Position numbers and translations under genes: made by a program. From Octopus sinensis (Eukaryota): a DNA stretch of 64,000 nt. Positions 29,354 to 41,432 of the stretch are shown piece after piece (positions within the stretch are counted from its first letter, which is position 1; each line of letters begins with the position of its first letter). Location: assembly GCF_006345805.1 (NCBI RefSeq), contig NC_043001.1:117366001-117430000 (forward strand). The letters are read 5' to 3'. Under the pieces are notes generated by a model. That model was not told the DNA's origin, searched no databases, and saw nothing but the letters and a program-made list of their open reading frames with translations.

Positions 29354-29866
29354 TCTCTATATATAAAACTGTAGTTGTGTGAGTGTCTGTCCCCCTTCGA
29401 TTTAGATTCCTAACTACTCCCACATTTTGCGGTGCGGTTTAACCAAATTCGGGTATCTTATAGTCATGATTCATATCCAGCCCGTCTGGGTATTAGCGCA
29501 CGTCTACGATGAGTCTACGATTTTAAAAATAATTTAACATCATTTTTTATTCCATTTTAATGCATAATTTTTCGTGTGTCGATGGCGGCGGAGTTGGCGT
29601 CCATGGTCACATCTGCACCTGTTTGCTTCTCCCCCTTCTTCCCTCCCTCGTGAAGCTGTGGGGAAGGAGTGTAAGGAAATCAACGTCGTAAAGCGTTGTC
29701 AAGGAGACCAGCGTTCTTTTAGAACAACGACTTCATGGCTTGAAGACACCAAAACAGAAATGGCTAAGAAAGCCCGAATTGGCATCTATAAGGGAAGTAA
29801 CTCTCTAAAAATGCTTATATAGTTATTTCCCTTACAAACCCGAGCAACGCCGGGCGATACTGCTAG
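29354..29866 (+). mobile_element. Non-autonomous Helitron
   Basis: A|TC start, subterminal hairpin CCCG-agcaacgc-CGGG (29839-29854), CTAG|T end. Confidence 0.8.
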
Positions 29867-29996
29867 TGTACTATAAAACTTATTCTATAAAATTGTTAAC
29901 AAACACAGCATAATAATGATTGTGAACACTGTCCATACAATATGTTTCTGAACAGAAAAAGAAATATTATTTTTAGCACACACACACAAATACATT

Positions 29997-30034
<38 letters not shown>

Positions 30035-30420
30035 TACACACACACACACACACACGCATACATATATATGCATATATATATTTTCTCATGACTTACCAGT
30101 CCATCAGATGTAGTTACACATCGCTGGTCACAATGCGTTCGCATTGTTTTAGCCTTCGAATGACGCCACTCCGCTGGCTAAGCGAGCAGGCCAACAGAAG
30201 AAAGAGTGGGAGAAAGAGTGGTGAGAGAGTACAGCAGGGATCACCAACCCCTGCCGGAGCCTCGTGGAGCTTTTAGGTGTTTTCGCTCAATAAACACTCA
30301 CAACGCCCGGTCTGGGAATCGAAACCACAATCCTACAACCACGAGTGCGCTGCCCTAACCACTGGGCCATTGCGCCTCCACACACACACACACACACACC
30401 ACACACAATATATATATAAT

Positions 30421-30507
<87 letters not shown>

Positions 30508-30613
30508 TATATATATATCTATATATATATATATATATTATATCCGGTGCCCCAGCATGGCCACAGCTCATAAGCTGAAACTAGAATCAATCAATCAATC
30601 ATACATACATACA

Positions 30614-30652
<39 letters not shown>

Positions 30653-30697
30653 ATATATATATATACATACATACATATATATATACATACATACATT

Positions 30698-30733
<36 letters not shown>

Positions 30734-30779
30734 AATTATTATATATATATATATAATATATACATCCTATATATATATC

Positions 30780-31040
30780 CTCCCTAAATGCCTGAGAGAC
30801 TTACATGGTGTGGATGTGAGTTTCTTTAAAACTAAACTGGATCTCTTCTTGTTGGGAGTCCCAGATGAACTTACCTCACGACAGGAGACACGGATGCGGG
30901 CAGCAGCATCGAACTCCCTTGTTGATCAAGTGCCACGTATCAGAGGTGGATTCACAAACTAGTGTAGCTCATTCAGCGGTGGTGCCCCGCAGGCGCGGCC
31001 TTCGGGCTAAAACATTTTTAAGGATTTAAGGATTTAAGGA
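30780..31040 (+). mobile_element. CR1/L2-group LINE 3' end, family with (TTTAAGGA)n tail
   Basis: FFKTKLDLFLLGVPDE..NSLVDQ; 3' hairpin ggcc-ttcg-ggct; orphan tail copy at ~59180-59236. Confidence 0.7.
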
Positions 31041-31056
31041 TATATATATTACATAC

Positions 31057-31125
<69 letters not shown>

Positions 31126-31358
31126 GCTATTAAGTTAGACATGGCCTGGGCCAATAATGGCCGAAACCTATCAAAGATCAAAGTATATATTATATATATA
31201 TATATATACATACATATATATATACATATATATATATTATATATATATATACATACATATATATATATATATATATAATATATATATATACATATATATA
31301 GCTATTAAGTTAGACATGGCCTGGGCCAATAATGGCCGAAACCTATCAAAGTATCAAA

Positions 31359-31403
<45 letters not shown>

Positions 31404-31425
31404 CATATATATATATATACATACA

Positions 31426-31459
<34 letters not shown>

Positions 31460-31567
31460 TCTATATATATACATACATACATACATATATATTATATACA
31501 TACTATATATATTATATATATATATACATACATACATATATATATATATTATAACATACTACATATA

Positions 31568-31598
<31 letters not shown>

Positions 31599-31639
31599 TA
31601 TATATACATATATTATATATATATATAATATATACATAG

Positions 31640-31697
<58 letters not shown>

Positions 31698-31789
31698 CAT
31701 ACATACATATATATATATATTATATATATATATATATATACATACATATTATATAATTATATAATATATACATACATATATATCCCCTA

Positions 31790-31960
31790 AAAGACCAAGT
31801 GGAAGACTACTACAGAAGGCGCGTTCGTACACAGGAGGCCATACCTGCTGTGACCTTTGCATTTCCGAGAGCCTAGAGATCTGTTCGCCAAAGGCCATCT
31901 CCTCAACAAGATCTCAGAACACCTCCCCAAATTGCATGCATAAAATTTATGCAAACTACA
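31790..31960 (+). mobile_element. Penelope-like GIY-YIG C-terminal fragment
   Basis: KW..LQKARSYTGGHTCCDLCISESLEI..HLLNK.SE..CMHK. Confidence 0.6.
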
Positions 31961-32264
31961 AGAACTATAGACCCACCCACCCGGCAACCGATTGACGACA
32001 CCCCACCCACAAACCCCCCAACCCCACCGTTCCCCCAGCACCCCCGATTAACTTTCCTCCTAAGACTATTCACAGATTGTATTTGTACACTTGTATATAT
32101 GTATTGTATATATGTATAGAAATGAATGGGTGTTAGTAGGAATATACGCATGTATGTGAGTGCGTGTATGTGTATGTGTATGTACATGTGTATGGGTGTA
32201 TGTGTGTGGTTTTTTATATTTTTTTTATATTTTATATGTTTTTATATATATACAATACGGCACA

Positions 32265-32546
32265 ATTATTTCACCTCAATTGGCCCCGCTCTCTTTAACA
32301 TTACACCAAAACACATTAAAACAGAAACTGACCCTATAGGGTTCAAGAAGTCTTTGGACAGATTCCTTCAAGAAATCCCGGATAAACCCCCTACACCCGG
32401 ATATGTCTCTGTAAACAATACCTCTCTCTACTTGAGTGGGCCATAGTGCCCAAATTCTGACTTGAAAGACTTCACCAGGTTTGTGCTATTAAGTTAGACA
32501 TGGCCTGGGCCAATAATGGCCGAAACCTATCAAAAGTATCAAAGTA
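32265..32546 (+). mobile_element. CR1/L2-group LINE 3' end
   Basis: HNYFTSIGPALFNITPKH..FKKSLDRFLQEIPDKP; 3' hairpin GGCCA-ataa-TGGCC-GAAAC and tatcaaag tail. Confidence 0.8.
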
Positions 32547-33067
32547 TATATATATATATGTATGTATGTGTATGTATATGTGTATATATATGTGTATGTA
32601 TGTGTATGTGTATGTATGTGTATGTATGTATGGGTGTATATATATATGTATATATGTATGTGTATATATATGTATATATATATATATATATGTGTGTAGA
32701 TATATATATATATATGTGTACACTCGTGTGTTTATGTATATGTAAGTATGTAGAGTTGTGTGTATGTGTATGTATGTATATATATATATATGTGTGTGTA
32801 GATGGGTATATACGTGTATGCTTATATGTATGTTTCCGTCTGTACATAGGGTAACTGCATGTGTATATATATCTATTATTTATTATTCATTATTTATTAC
32901 ATGAGTATGCGTTTGTATGCATGTATGTATTTATGTATATAAGGAGGCGCGTGAGTGTGTGTATGTGTGTATGCATTTGTATAAACATATGTATACATTT
33001 ATGCATGTATGTGCTTGTGTGTATATGTGTGTGTGTGTATATATATATGTGTGTATATATACACATG

Positions 33068-33106
<39 letters not shown>

Positions 33107-33277
33107 GTATGTATATGTATATGTGTGTGTATGTGTATGTGTATATATATATATGTGTAGATGTGTGTGTAAATGTATATATATATATGTATATATAATA
33201 TGTGTGTGTATGTGTGTGTGTATGTGTGTATGTGTATATGGATGTGTATATATATGTATATGTATGTGTATGTGTAT

Positions 33278-33349
<72 letters not shown>

Positions 33350-33515
33350 GTACGCTTGTGTGTTTATGTATATGTAGGTATGTAGAGTTATGTGTGTATG
33401 TATGTATGTTATATATACATATATGTAAATAGGTATATATGGGTATGTTTATATGTATGTATCCGTTTGTATAATGGGTAACTGCACGTATATATATTTA
33501 TTATTTTTATTATTA

Positions 33516-33547
<32 letters not shown>

Positions 33548-34825
33548 TGAGTATGCATGTATGTATATATGTATATGCCTGTATGCATGTATGGTTTTAT
33601 GAACATAAGGAGGCGCGTGTGTGTGTGGATGTGTATGCATATGTATAGACATTTGTATACATTTATGCATGTATGTACTTATGTGTATATATAGATGCGC
33701 GCGTGTGTGTGTATGTGTGTGTATGTGTACGCATATATATGTGTATGTGTATATATATATATATGTGTATATATTTTCATAAAGCTTCCCTTTTTATATA
33801 TATATGTATATGTATATGTATATGTAAGTATGTGTGTGTGTATATATGTATGAGTGTATATGTGTATGTATATGTATATGAGTATATATGTATATATATA
33901 TGTATATGTGTATGTATATGTATGTATGTGTATGTATGTGTATATGTATATGTGTATATATATTAATTAGTGTATATGTATGGACTAGTCTTTTGTGAGT
34001 GTGTTGAGGTATGTATGTGTATGCGTGTATGTGAATATACGTGAATGTATGTAGATGTATGCGTGTATGAATATAACACGTACGTGTGTGTACGTGTGAG
34101 TGTGTGGGCGTGAGTGAGTGCTTGCGTTCTTCGTATAAGTAAGTAGACAGATAAACGGAATCTTTAGATCGTCCCTTGAGACCGATTGACCGGTCAAGAT
34201 AAAAATAAAAATAAAGATATAAACAAAATTAATAATAAAATTAAAATAAGAGAATAAAAATGTGTGTGTATGTGTGTGCATGTATATGCATTTGTATATA
34301 TTTGTGCGAGTGGGTATACATATATGTATGTATATGTGTATCTGTGTGTACGTACATGGGTATGTGTATATATATATGTATATGTATGTATATATATATG
34401 TATATGTATGTGTATGTATGTATATATATATGTATGTATATGTGGGTATGTATGTATATGTATAGATATATGTGAATATGCGGGTGTATATATGTGTATA
34501 TATATATATGTAGATGTACAAGTGAGAGTCTCCCTACTTACCTAAAACCCTATTTTTCTATTTCTATTTTTTTATTTTTTTATTCTTTTATTTATTCTTT
34601 TATCTACTTTACCACGGATTCCTTTGACCACTCCCCTTGTAATGACAGTTTTGCGCCATGCCTACCCCCCAAAAAGTCCCCCACCACCACCCATTTAAAC
34701 CTGCCTAAATGTATAAATGCCAAAACAACTCTTGTCTACTAGCTTCCTGATGATTTCTTTTGAATGAAACAGTTCTAGTCCTGTAGAAGCTCCTTCTATA
34801 AATAAATATATATATATATATATAT

Positions 34826-34884
<59 letters not shown>

Positions 34885-34902
34885 ATATATAATTATACAT
34901 AC

Positions 34903-34941
<39 letters not shown>

Positions 34942-34981
34942 CATACATATATATATACATACATATAATATACATACATAC

Positions 34982-35045
<64 letters not shown>
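32546..35045. repeat. Compound (TA)n/(TG)n/(TATG)n low-complexity tract with short embedded repeat remnants
   Basis: Direct reading. Confidence 0.9.
34741..34791 (+). ncRNA. Type I hammerhead ribozyme, near-complete (GUA cleavage after 34785)
   Basis: Stem I AGCTTC/GAAGCT; core CTGATGA; stem II TTC-tttt-GAA with a U-U mismatch at the closing pair; GAAA; stem III ACAG/CTGT with loop TTCTAGTC; followed by AATAAATA and (TA)n, as in Penelope pLTR ends. Confidence 0.65.
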
Positions 35046-36097
35046 GAAGGTGATGCCAACATCATTTGGGCAATGCTGATGGAATATTTTCCACATCATG
35101 CAGATGATGTAGCGCTCACGACGACGTTGGAGAGAATAAAGTTTTAGCTTTTCTAGTCGACCCCAATAGTTGAGGCCTGTCATGCCATCTATCTTTTTGT
35201 GATTGCCCTTTGAGGTGCTTCAACTTTTATGATACCTTGTATTGTGTGGGGAGACCACAGTGGACAACAGTATTCAAGGTGGGGTTGGGCAAAAGTGGAG
35301 AAGAGAAGGATAACTGGTGTGGATATCTCTCGACTGGAAAGTTCTGAGAATCCAGGAACACATTCTGCGGGCCATGTCAACTTTGGTGTTTATATGGTGG
35401 CCCAGCTTATGTTTGTGTTTGTCCACAATTACTCCCAGTCTCTGATTGTTGTTGACGCTGCGAGAGTTTCACCTGAAGGAAGGGAGTATGGGAGTTTCAG
35501 GGCATCCTCTTTTCCAAAGTGGATTAACTCAATTTATCCTCGTTCAGCATAGCAATTGTTTTTTTTTCTGCCCATTGGATAACAGCCAGTAGATCTGACT
35601 GAAGGCATGTCCGGTCACTCGCCTCATTTAGACCTTCTGTAGCTTGGAATCATCTGCAAAAATTTTTATTTTGCTGTGGGCTTGATGATGTCAACAGGAT
35701 CTTGTGATCGACCTGTCGAAGGCCTTACTGAAATCAAGGTAGATGACATCGGTGTTGGAGCCCTCTATATATATATATATATAGTTATATCATACATATC
35801 TTCACTTCACTAATTATCAAGCTTCTGTGTTTTTAGTACATACTTCGCCTTTAATGTACTTATATATGAATAATATATGGCTTGTGCTAGAAACACCAGC
35901 GATAATAATTAATTTTATTTTATCGCATTTTGAATTTGTTTACATATTTCTCGATAAATTTTGGAGCGTCGACCTATATACCAGAAATCCCTAGTTTGTC
36001 GGTTCGTTCTGCGTCTGCGGCAGTGATCTGATTAGTTAGAAAGAGCAAATTAATAGACGCACATGTGTCTATCGAGTTGCGCTTCATAATAACAGGA

Positions 36098-36169
36098 ATC
36101 TACTGAAGAGCCTACCTGAGTAAATAAATATATTTTTATTGCTGAAAAAGGTGAAACTGCAGTCTAGAT
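36098..36169 (+). ncRNA. Type I hammerhead ribozyme (GUC cleavage after 36164), palindromic minimal stem III
   Basis: Stem I ATCTA/TAGAT; core CTGAAGA 36103-36109; stem II GCCT/AGGT closing an AT-rich hairpin insert; GAAA 36153-36156; stem III ACTGCAGT (self-complementary); GTC triplet. Confidence 0.8.
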
Positions 36170-36373
36170 GAACAGAGTTATAAAAGTTTTTATATATATA
36201 TACATACATATATATATATTATATATATATATATTATTATATATATATATATATTATCATACATATATATATATATTATACATATATATATATATATTAT
36301 ACATACATATATATATACATACTATATATAATACATCATACATCTATATATATATTATTATATATTAATTATA

Positions 36374-36404
<31 letters not shown>

Positions 36405-37449
36405 GAAGGTGATGCCAACATCATTTGGGCAATGCTGATGGAATATTTTCCACATCATGCAGATGATGTAGCGCTCACGACGACGTTGGAGAGAATAAAG
36501 TTTTAGCTTTTCTAGTCGACCCCAATAGTTGAGGCCTGTCATGCCATCTATCTTTTTGTGATTGCCCTTTGAGGTGCTTCAACTTTTATGATACCTGTAT
36601 TGTGTGGGGAGACCACAGTGGACAACAGTATTCAAGGTGGGGTTGGGCAAAAGTGGAGAAGAGAAGGATAATGGTGTGGATATCTCTCGACTGGAAAGTT
36701 CTGAGAATCCAGGAACACATTCTGCGGGCCATGTCAACTTTGGGTTTATATGAGTGGCCCAGCTTATGTTGTTGTCCACATTACTCCCAAGTCTCTGATG
36801 TTGTTGGACGCTGCGAGAGAGTTTCACCTGAAGGAAGGGAGTATGGGAGTTTCAGGGCATCCTCTTTTCCAAAGTGGATTAACTCAAATTTATCCTCGTT
36901 CAGCAGCATATTGTTTTTTTCTGCCCATTGGATAACAGCCAGTAGATCTGACTGAAGGCATGTCCGGTCACTCGCCTCATTTATGACCTTCTGTAGCTTG
37001 GAATCATCTGCAAAAATTTTTATGTTGCTGTGCTTGATGATGTCAACAGGATCTTGTGATCGACCCTGTCGAAGGCCTTACTGAAATCAAGGTAGATGAC
37101 ATCGGTGTTGGAGCCCTCTATATATATATATATATATTATACATACATATCTTCACTTCACTAAATTTATCAAGCTTCTGTGTTTTTAGTACATACTTCG
37201 CCTTTAATGTACTTATATATGAATAATATATGGCTTGTGCTAGAAACACCAGCGATAATAATTAATTTTATTTTATCGCATTTTGAATTTGTTTACATAT
37301 TTCTCGATAAATTTTGAGCGTTAGACTATATACCAGAAATCCCTAGTTTGTCGGGTTCGTTCTGCGTCTGCGCAGTGATCTGATTAGTTAGAAAGAGCAA
37401 ATTAATAGACGCACATGTGTCTATCGAGTTGCGCTTCATAATAACAGGA

Positions 37450-37524
37450 ATCTTACTGAAGAGCCTACCTGAGTAAATAAATATTATTTTTATTGCTGAA
37501 AAAGGTGAAACTGCAGTCTAGGAT
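37450..37524 (+). ncRNA. Type I hammerhead ribozyme, second tandem copy (GUC cleavage after 37518)
   Basis: Stem I ATCTTA/TAGGAT (6 bp with one G-U); core CTGAAGA 37456-37462; GCCT/AGGT; GAAA; ACTGCAGT; GTC. Confidence 0.8.
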
Positions 37525-37555
37525 GAACAGAGTTAGTAAAAGTTTTTATATATAT

Positions 37556-37609
<54 letters not shown>

Positions 37610-37610
<1 letters not shown>

Positions 37611-37950
37611 TAAATGGTAAGGACTCCCTTCTGTCATGAATGACCATGGGATTGAATCTAGAAAGTTACCCTTTGAGACACAAGTCCAGGCAAAGTTGTT
37701 TTGTGGAAGACCAACAGTCCACCCATGCCTACCAGCCTCTCCTCTGCATGTCACCAATGCTATCCAAGGCAAAGGGGCCAATACAGCTTGGCACCACTGA
37801 CATTGTAACTCATTTCTACAGCTGAGTGAACTGGAATAACATGAAATAAAGTGTCTTGCTCAAGAACACAACACATGGCCCAGTCTAAGAATTGAACTCA
37901 CTACCTCATGATTGTGAGTTAGACTCTCTAACCACTGAGCCATATGCCTT
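37610..37950 (-). mobile_element. tRNA-derived SINE family D (degraded)
   Basis: Head ggcatatggctcagtggttagag..gagttcaattc followed by ttgagcaagacactt. Confidence 0.6.
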
Positions 37951-37996
37951 CACACATATTGTCATATATATGACAATATGTGTGTATGTGTGTGCA

Positions 37997-38395
37997 AGGT
38001 GGTGAGCTGGCAGAAACATTAACATGCCGGGCGAAATGCATAGCCGTATTTTATCTGCCGTTACAATCTGAGTTCAAATTACGCCGAGGTCGACTTTGCC
38101 TTTCATCCTTTCGGGGTCGATAAATTAAGTACCAGTTACGCACTGAGGTTGATGTAATCGACTTAATCCATTTGTCTGTCCTTGTTTGTCCTCTCTGTGT
38201 TTAGCCCCTTGTTGGTAGTAAAGAAATAGGTATTTCATTTGTCTTTACGTTCTGAATTCAAAATCTGCTGAGGTTCACTTTGCCTTCCATCCTTTTGGGG
38301 TCAAATTAAGTACCAGTTGCGTACTCGGGTCAATCTACTCTTTTGCCCCCTCTCCAAAAGTTTCAGGCCTTGTGCCTAGAGTAGAAAAGAATATA
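37997..38395 (+). mobile_element. SINE family A dimer (other copies about 22960-23335, 28455-28640, 46735-46850, 55540-55650, 63541-63762)
   Basis: Head plus body, then a second body joined at aaagaaataggtattt. Confidence 0.8.
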
Positions 38396-39479
38396 TGTGA
38401 GAGTGTATGTGTATTTGGAGGGGTGGTCAGCACTTTTCTCCTTTACCACTTGTCAATCAGTGTTGTTTTGATTATGGCCCCATAACTTAGTGGCTCAGTA
38501 AAAGAGACCAATGAAATAAGTATCAAACTTTAAAAATAAGTACTAGGGTCAATATATTTAACTAAAACCTTTCAAGACATTGCCCCAGCATGGCCATATA
38601 TATATATATTGTTGTATTTCGGAATGGTCATTTTGCCAGTTTAGCCAATAAATTTTCAGGCCTTGTTCCTAGTGTAGAAAAGAAGATGAGTGTCAGTTAT
38701 GAAATCTTTGTAAGCGATAAACACAGTAACTGTACTGGCAAGCAATGTATGTCACTACTTCAACATGGCTGTTCTGTTCAAATGGACATTTCTTCTCGCT
38801 GGTTAATGATACGACCTGCATCCAATATATTGCAAGCAGGAGAGCAAACCCCCACCACCTTCTAACATTGAGACGAGCATCCATCTCTTGCAGGGATTTT
38901 ATAACCAGATTCTTTGCTTGTTGCAATATCAGCAACTGAATGTCACATGAATTTTTATGTACAGTAATCCCTCAATTAGCGTAGGTATTACATTCCACGA
39001 CATAGGAACAGTATTGTACTCTTTACTCTTTTACTTGTTTCAGTCATTTGACTGCGGCCATGCTGGAGCACCGCCTTTAGTCGAGCAAATCGACCCCCGG
39101 GACTTATTCTTTGTAAGCCTAGTACTTATTCTATCGGTCTCTTTTGCCGAACTGCTAAGTGACGGGGATGTAAACACACCAGCATCGGTTGTCAAGCAAT
39201 GCTAGGGGGACAAACACAGACACACAAACACACATATACATATATATATATACATATATACGACAGGCTTCTTTCAGTCTCCGTCTACCAAATCCACTCA
39301 CAAGGCATTGGTCGGCCCGGGGCTATAGCAGAGGACACTTGCCCAAGATGCCACGCAGTGGGACTGAACCCGGAACCATGTGGTTGGTTAGCAAGCTACT
39401 TACCACACAGCCACTCCTGCGCCTACTGTATATATTTTTAAAATTATTTTTACAATTTGTATATATTTATTTTCTTATA

Positions 39480-40180
39480 AATGCAAAACAAAACCACAGA
39501 GGAATCAACATAAGCTTAAATAATAAACCACAACAGGAGAACCACAATATGGTGAGGAGTTACTGTATTGCAAACAGAAGTGAGCTACTATCATCTCTAG
39601 CAGATGAGATGTCTAGCACTGAGGAAGGGCAAAAATAGCCCAAAACCAGCCTTGACTGCTGACACCGTTGTTAGAAGGTGGGAAGGGTTCACTCCCCTAC
39701 TCACAATATATCAGATGCAGGTTGCATTGTTAGCCAGCTAAAGGTCCTCTTGGGGTTAAAAAATCACAGTAATGCCCATTCAAAGAGAACAGCCATGTTG
39801 AAGTGATCACAAACATTACTTGCCAGTACAGTTACTGCGTTCATCTCATACAGAGATTTTATAACTAGGTTCTTTGAGTATTTGTAAGATTAGTAACTGA
39901 ATGTCACTTGAACTTCTATATATTGAAAACAGAAGCAAGCTACTGTAATCTCTCGCAGACAAGGTGTCCAGCACTGAGGAAGGGCAGAAATAGTCAGCAA
40001 CCAGGTTGGTCCATTGCTAGAGGATAGTAGGGGTTCACCCCCCTGCTCACAATATATCAGATGCAGGTTACATCATTAACCAACTAGAGGAAATGTCCTC
40101 TTGGGATAAAAATAATCACAGTAACATCCATTCCAACAGCTATATTGAAGTGGTGACAAACATTACTTATGTATATATAT
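39480..40180 (+). mobile_element. Tandem ~355-bp Penelope-like pLTR remnants with two decayed hammerhead motifs
   Basis: Two related units, each with agcaCTGAGGAagggc..; related sequence lies partly inverted at ~38700-38990. Confidence 0.45.
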
Positions 40181-40959
40181 ATATATATGTGTATGTATAT
40201 ATAATACATGGTGGCTGCCCCCTCGTTATCAAGTATGGCCATTGCATGAAGCTTGATCAATGCTGTTATTGTGCAATGCCTGTGCAAAAAGATTTTTTTT
40301 AAAGTGAAGAAAGGCTGTACACTGAGTCAATCCCACTCACTAAGCAACAGCAGCCATAATCCGAGAACAAGAACAGGTCAACATCATTGGTAACCACTGA
40401 GCCGCAGGTTTTATGTCGGAATTATCCCAGTTACCTGAGTTACCTTCTCCTAGAAGGATGCTCTAACAAAGGCTAGGAGTCCTTCACTCCCAATGGTTTA
40501 ACCACGCGATTGGGTATTCAGTCCAATTATTTCTATGTCCCCGCGCATGATACATCCTTAAGACATTTGTTGGATGGCCGTTGACTCCCAAGAATCCCCC
40601 CCCTTTGATGGGTTTTGTTTTTCATCCCGCAGGGTGTTCAATAAACACCCTCCTCACCAAGCAAGCTTGGTGGAGTTGCCGGTTTAGTCACCGACGAGCC
40701 GACCATGCAACAGGTTGTACTGGGTTACATGTTACCAGTAGCACTCGAAAGTGACCTAACATAATATATATACATACATACATATATATATATTATATAT
40801 ATATATGTTATGCAATATGCTTCTTTTTTGTAGGTAGGTTGTTATTTTCATACATGTTTATATTCTTTCGTTGAAATAAGCAGTGTTTAAAACAGTGTAA
40901 TATCACATCTTACAGAATGCCACTAAATATTGCCATTTTCACCGGTAATCCTATTTACT

Positions 40960-40985
40960 TTATCCACCTAATATGTACTTAAACA
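40960..40985 (-). CDS. Candidate terminal coding exon (VFKYILGG*)
   Basis: Acceptor gtgtttctgtttatAG; phase matches the 43067 donor (G|TG = Val); TAA at 40962-40960. Confidence 0.25.
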
Positions 40986-41399
40986 CTATAAACAGAAACA
41001 CACACACACAGCAATAATGAACATGTCACCGACATAATATGCAGTACTACCAATATATGATATACATAGCAGCAGTTACACATTTTGTGATAATATTATT
41101 TTCACCAATAAGTAAAAATACTATTTGTAATAAAAATATGCATTACTGAGTAATCAGTCCCATTCTTGTAACCATTACTCTCTTTTACTCACTTTTATTT
41201 GTTTCAGTCATTTGACTGCGGCCATGCTGGAGCACCACCTTTAATCGAGCAACTCAACTCCGGGACTTATTCTCTGTAAGCCCAGTACATATTCTATCGG
41301 TCTCTTTTGCCGAACCGCTAAGTGACGGGGACATAAACACACCAGCATTGGTTGTCAAGCAATGCTAGGGGGACAAACACAGACACACAAACATACACG

Positions 41400-41431
<32 letters not shown>

Positions 41432-41432
<1 letters not shown>

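Larger units (their letters stand above)
35046..37545. repeat. Tandem duplication (period ~1.36 kb): antisense CR1/L2 RT fragment, (TA)n, then AT-rich segment carrying a hammerhead
   Basis: 35046-36190 recurs at 36405-37545 with mostly 1-nt indels. The minus strand encodes [39 protein letters not shown]. Confidence 0.85.

Noticed and set aside
32498-32526. Hairpin plus GAAAC in LINE/SINE tails as a hammerhead
   Set aside because: No CUGANGA core, stem I or NUH site; better explained as the RT-recognition stem-loop.
40330-40750. Possible HDV-like ribozyme in a structured GC-richer repeat (GGTCACT/GGTGACT pairing on the minus strand)
   Set aside because: P3/L3 spacing is too short and no P1.1 GG follows; the double pseudoknot could not be built by hand.
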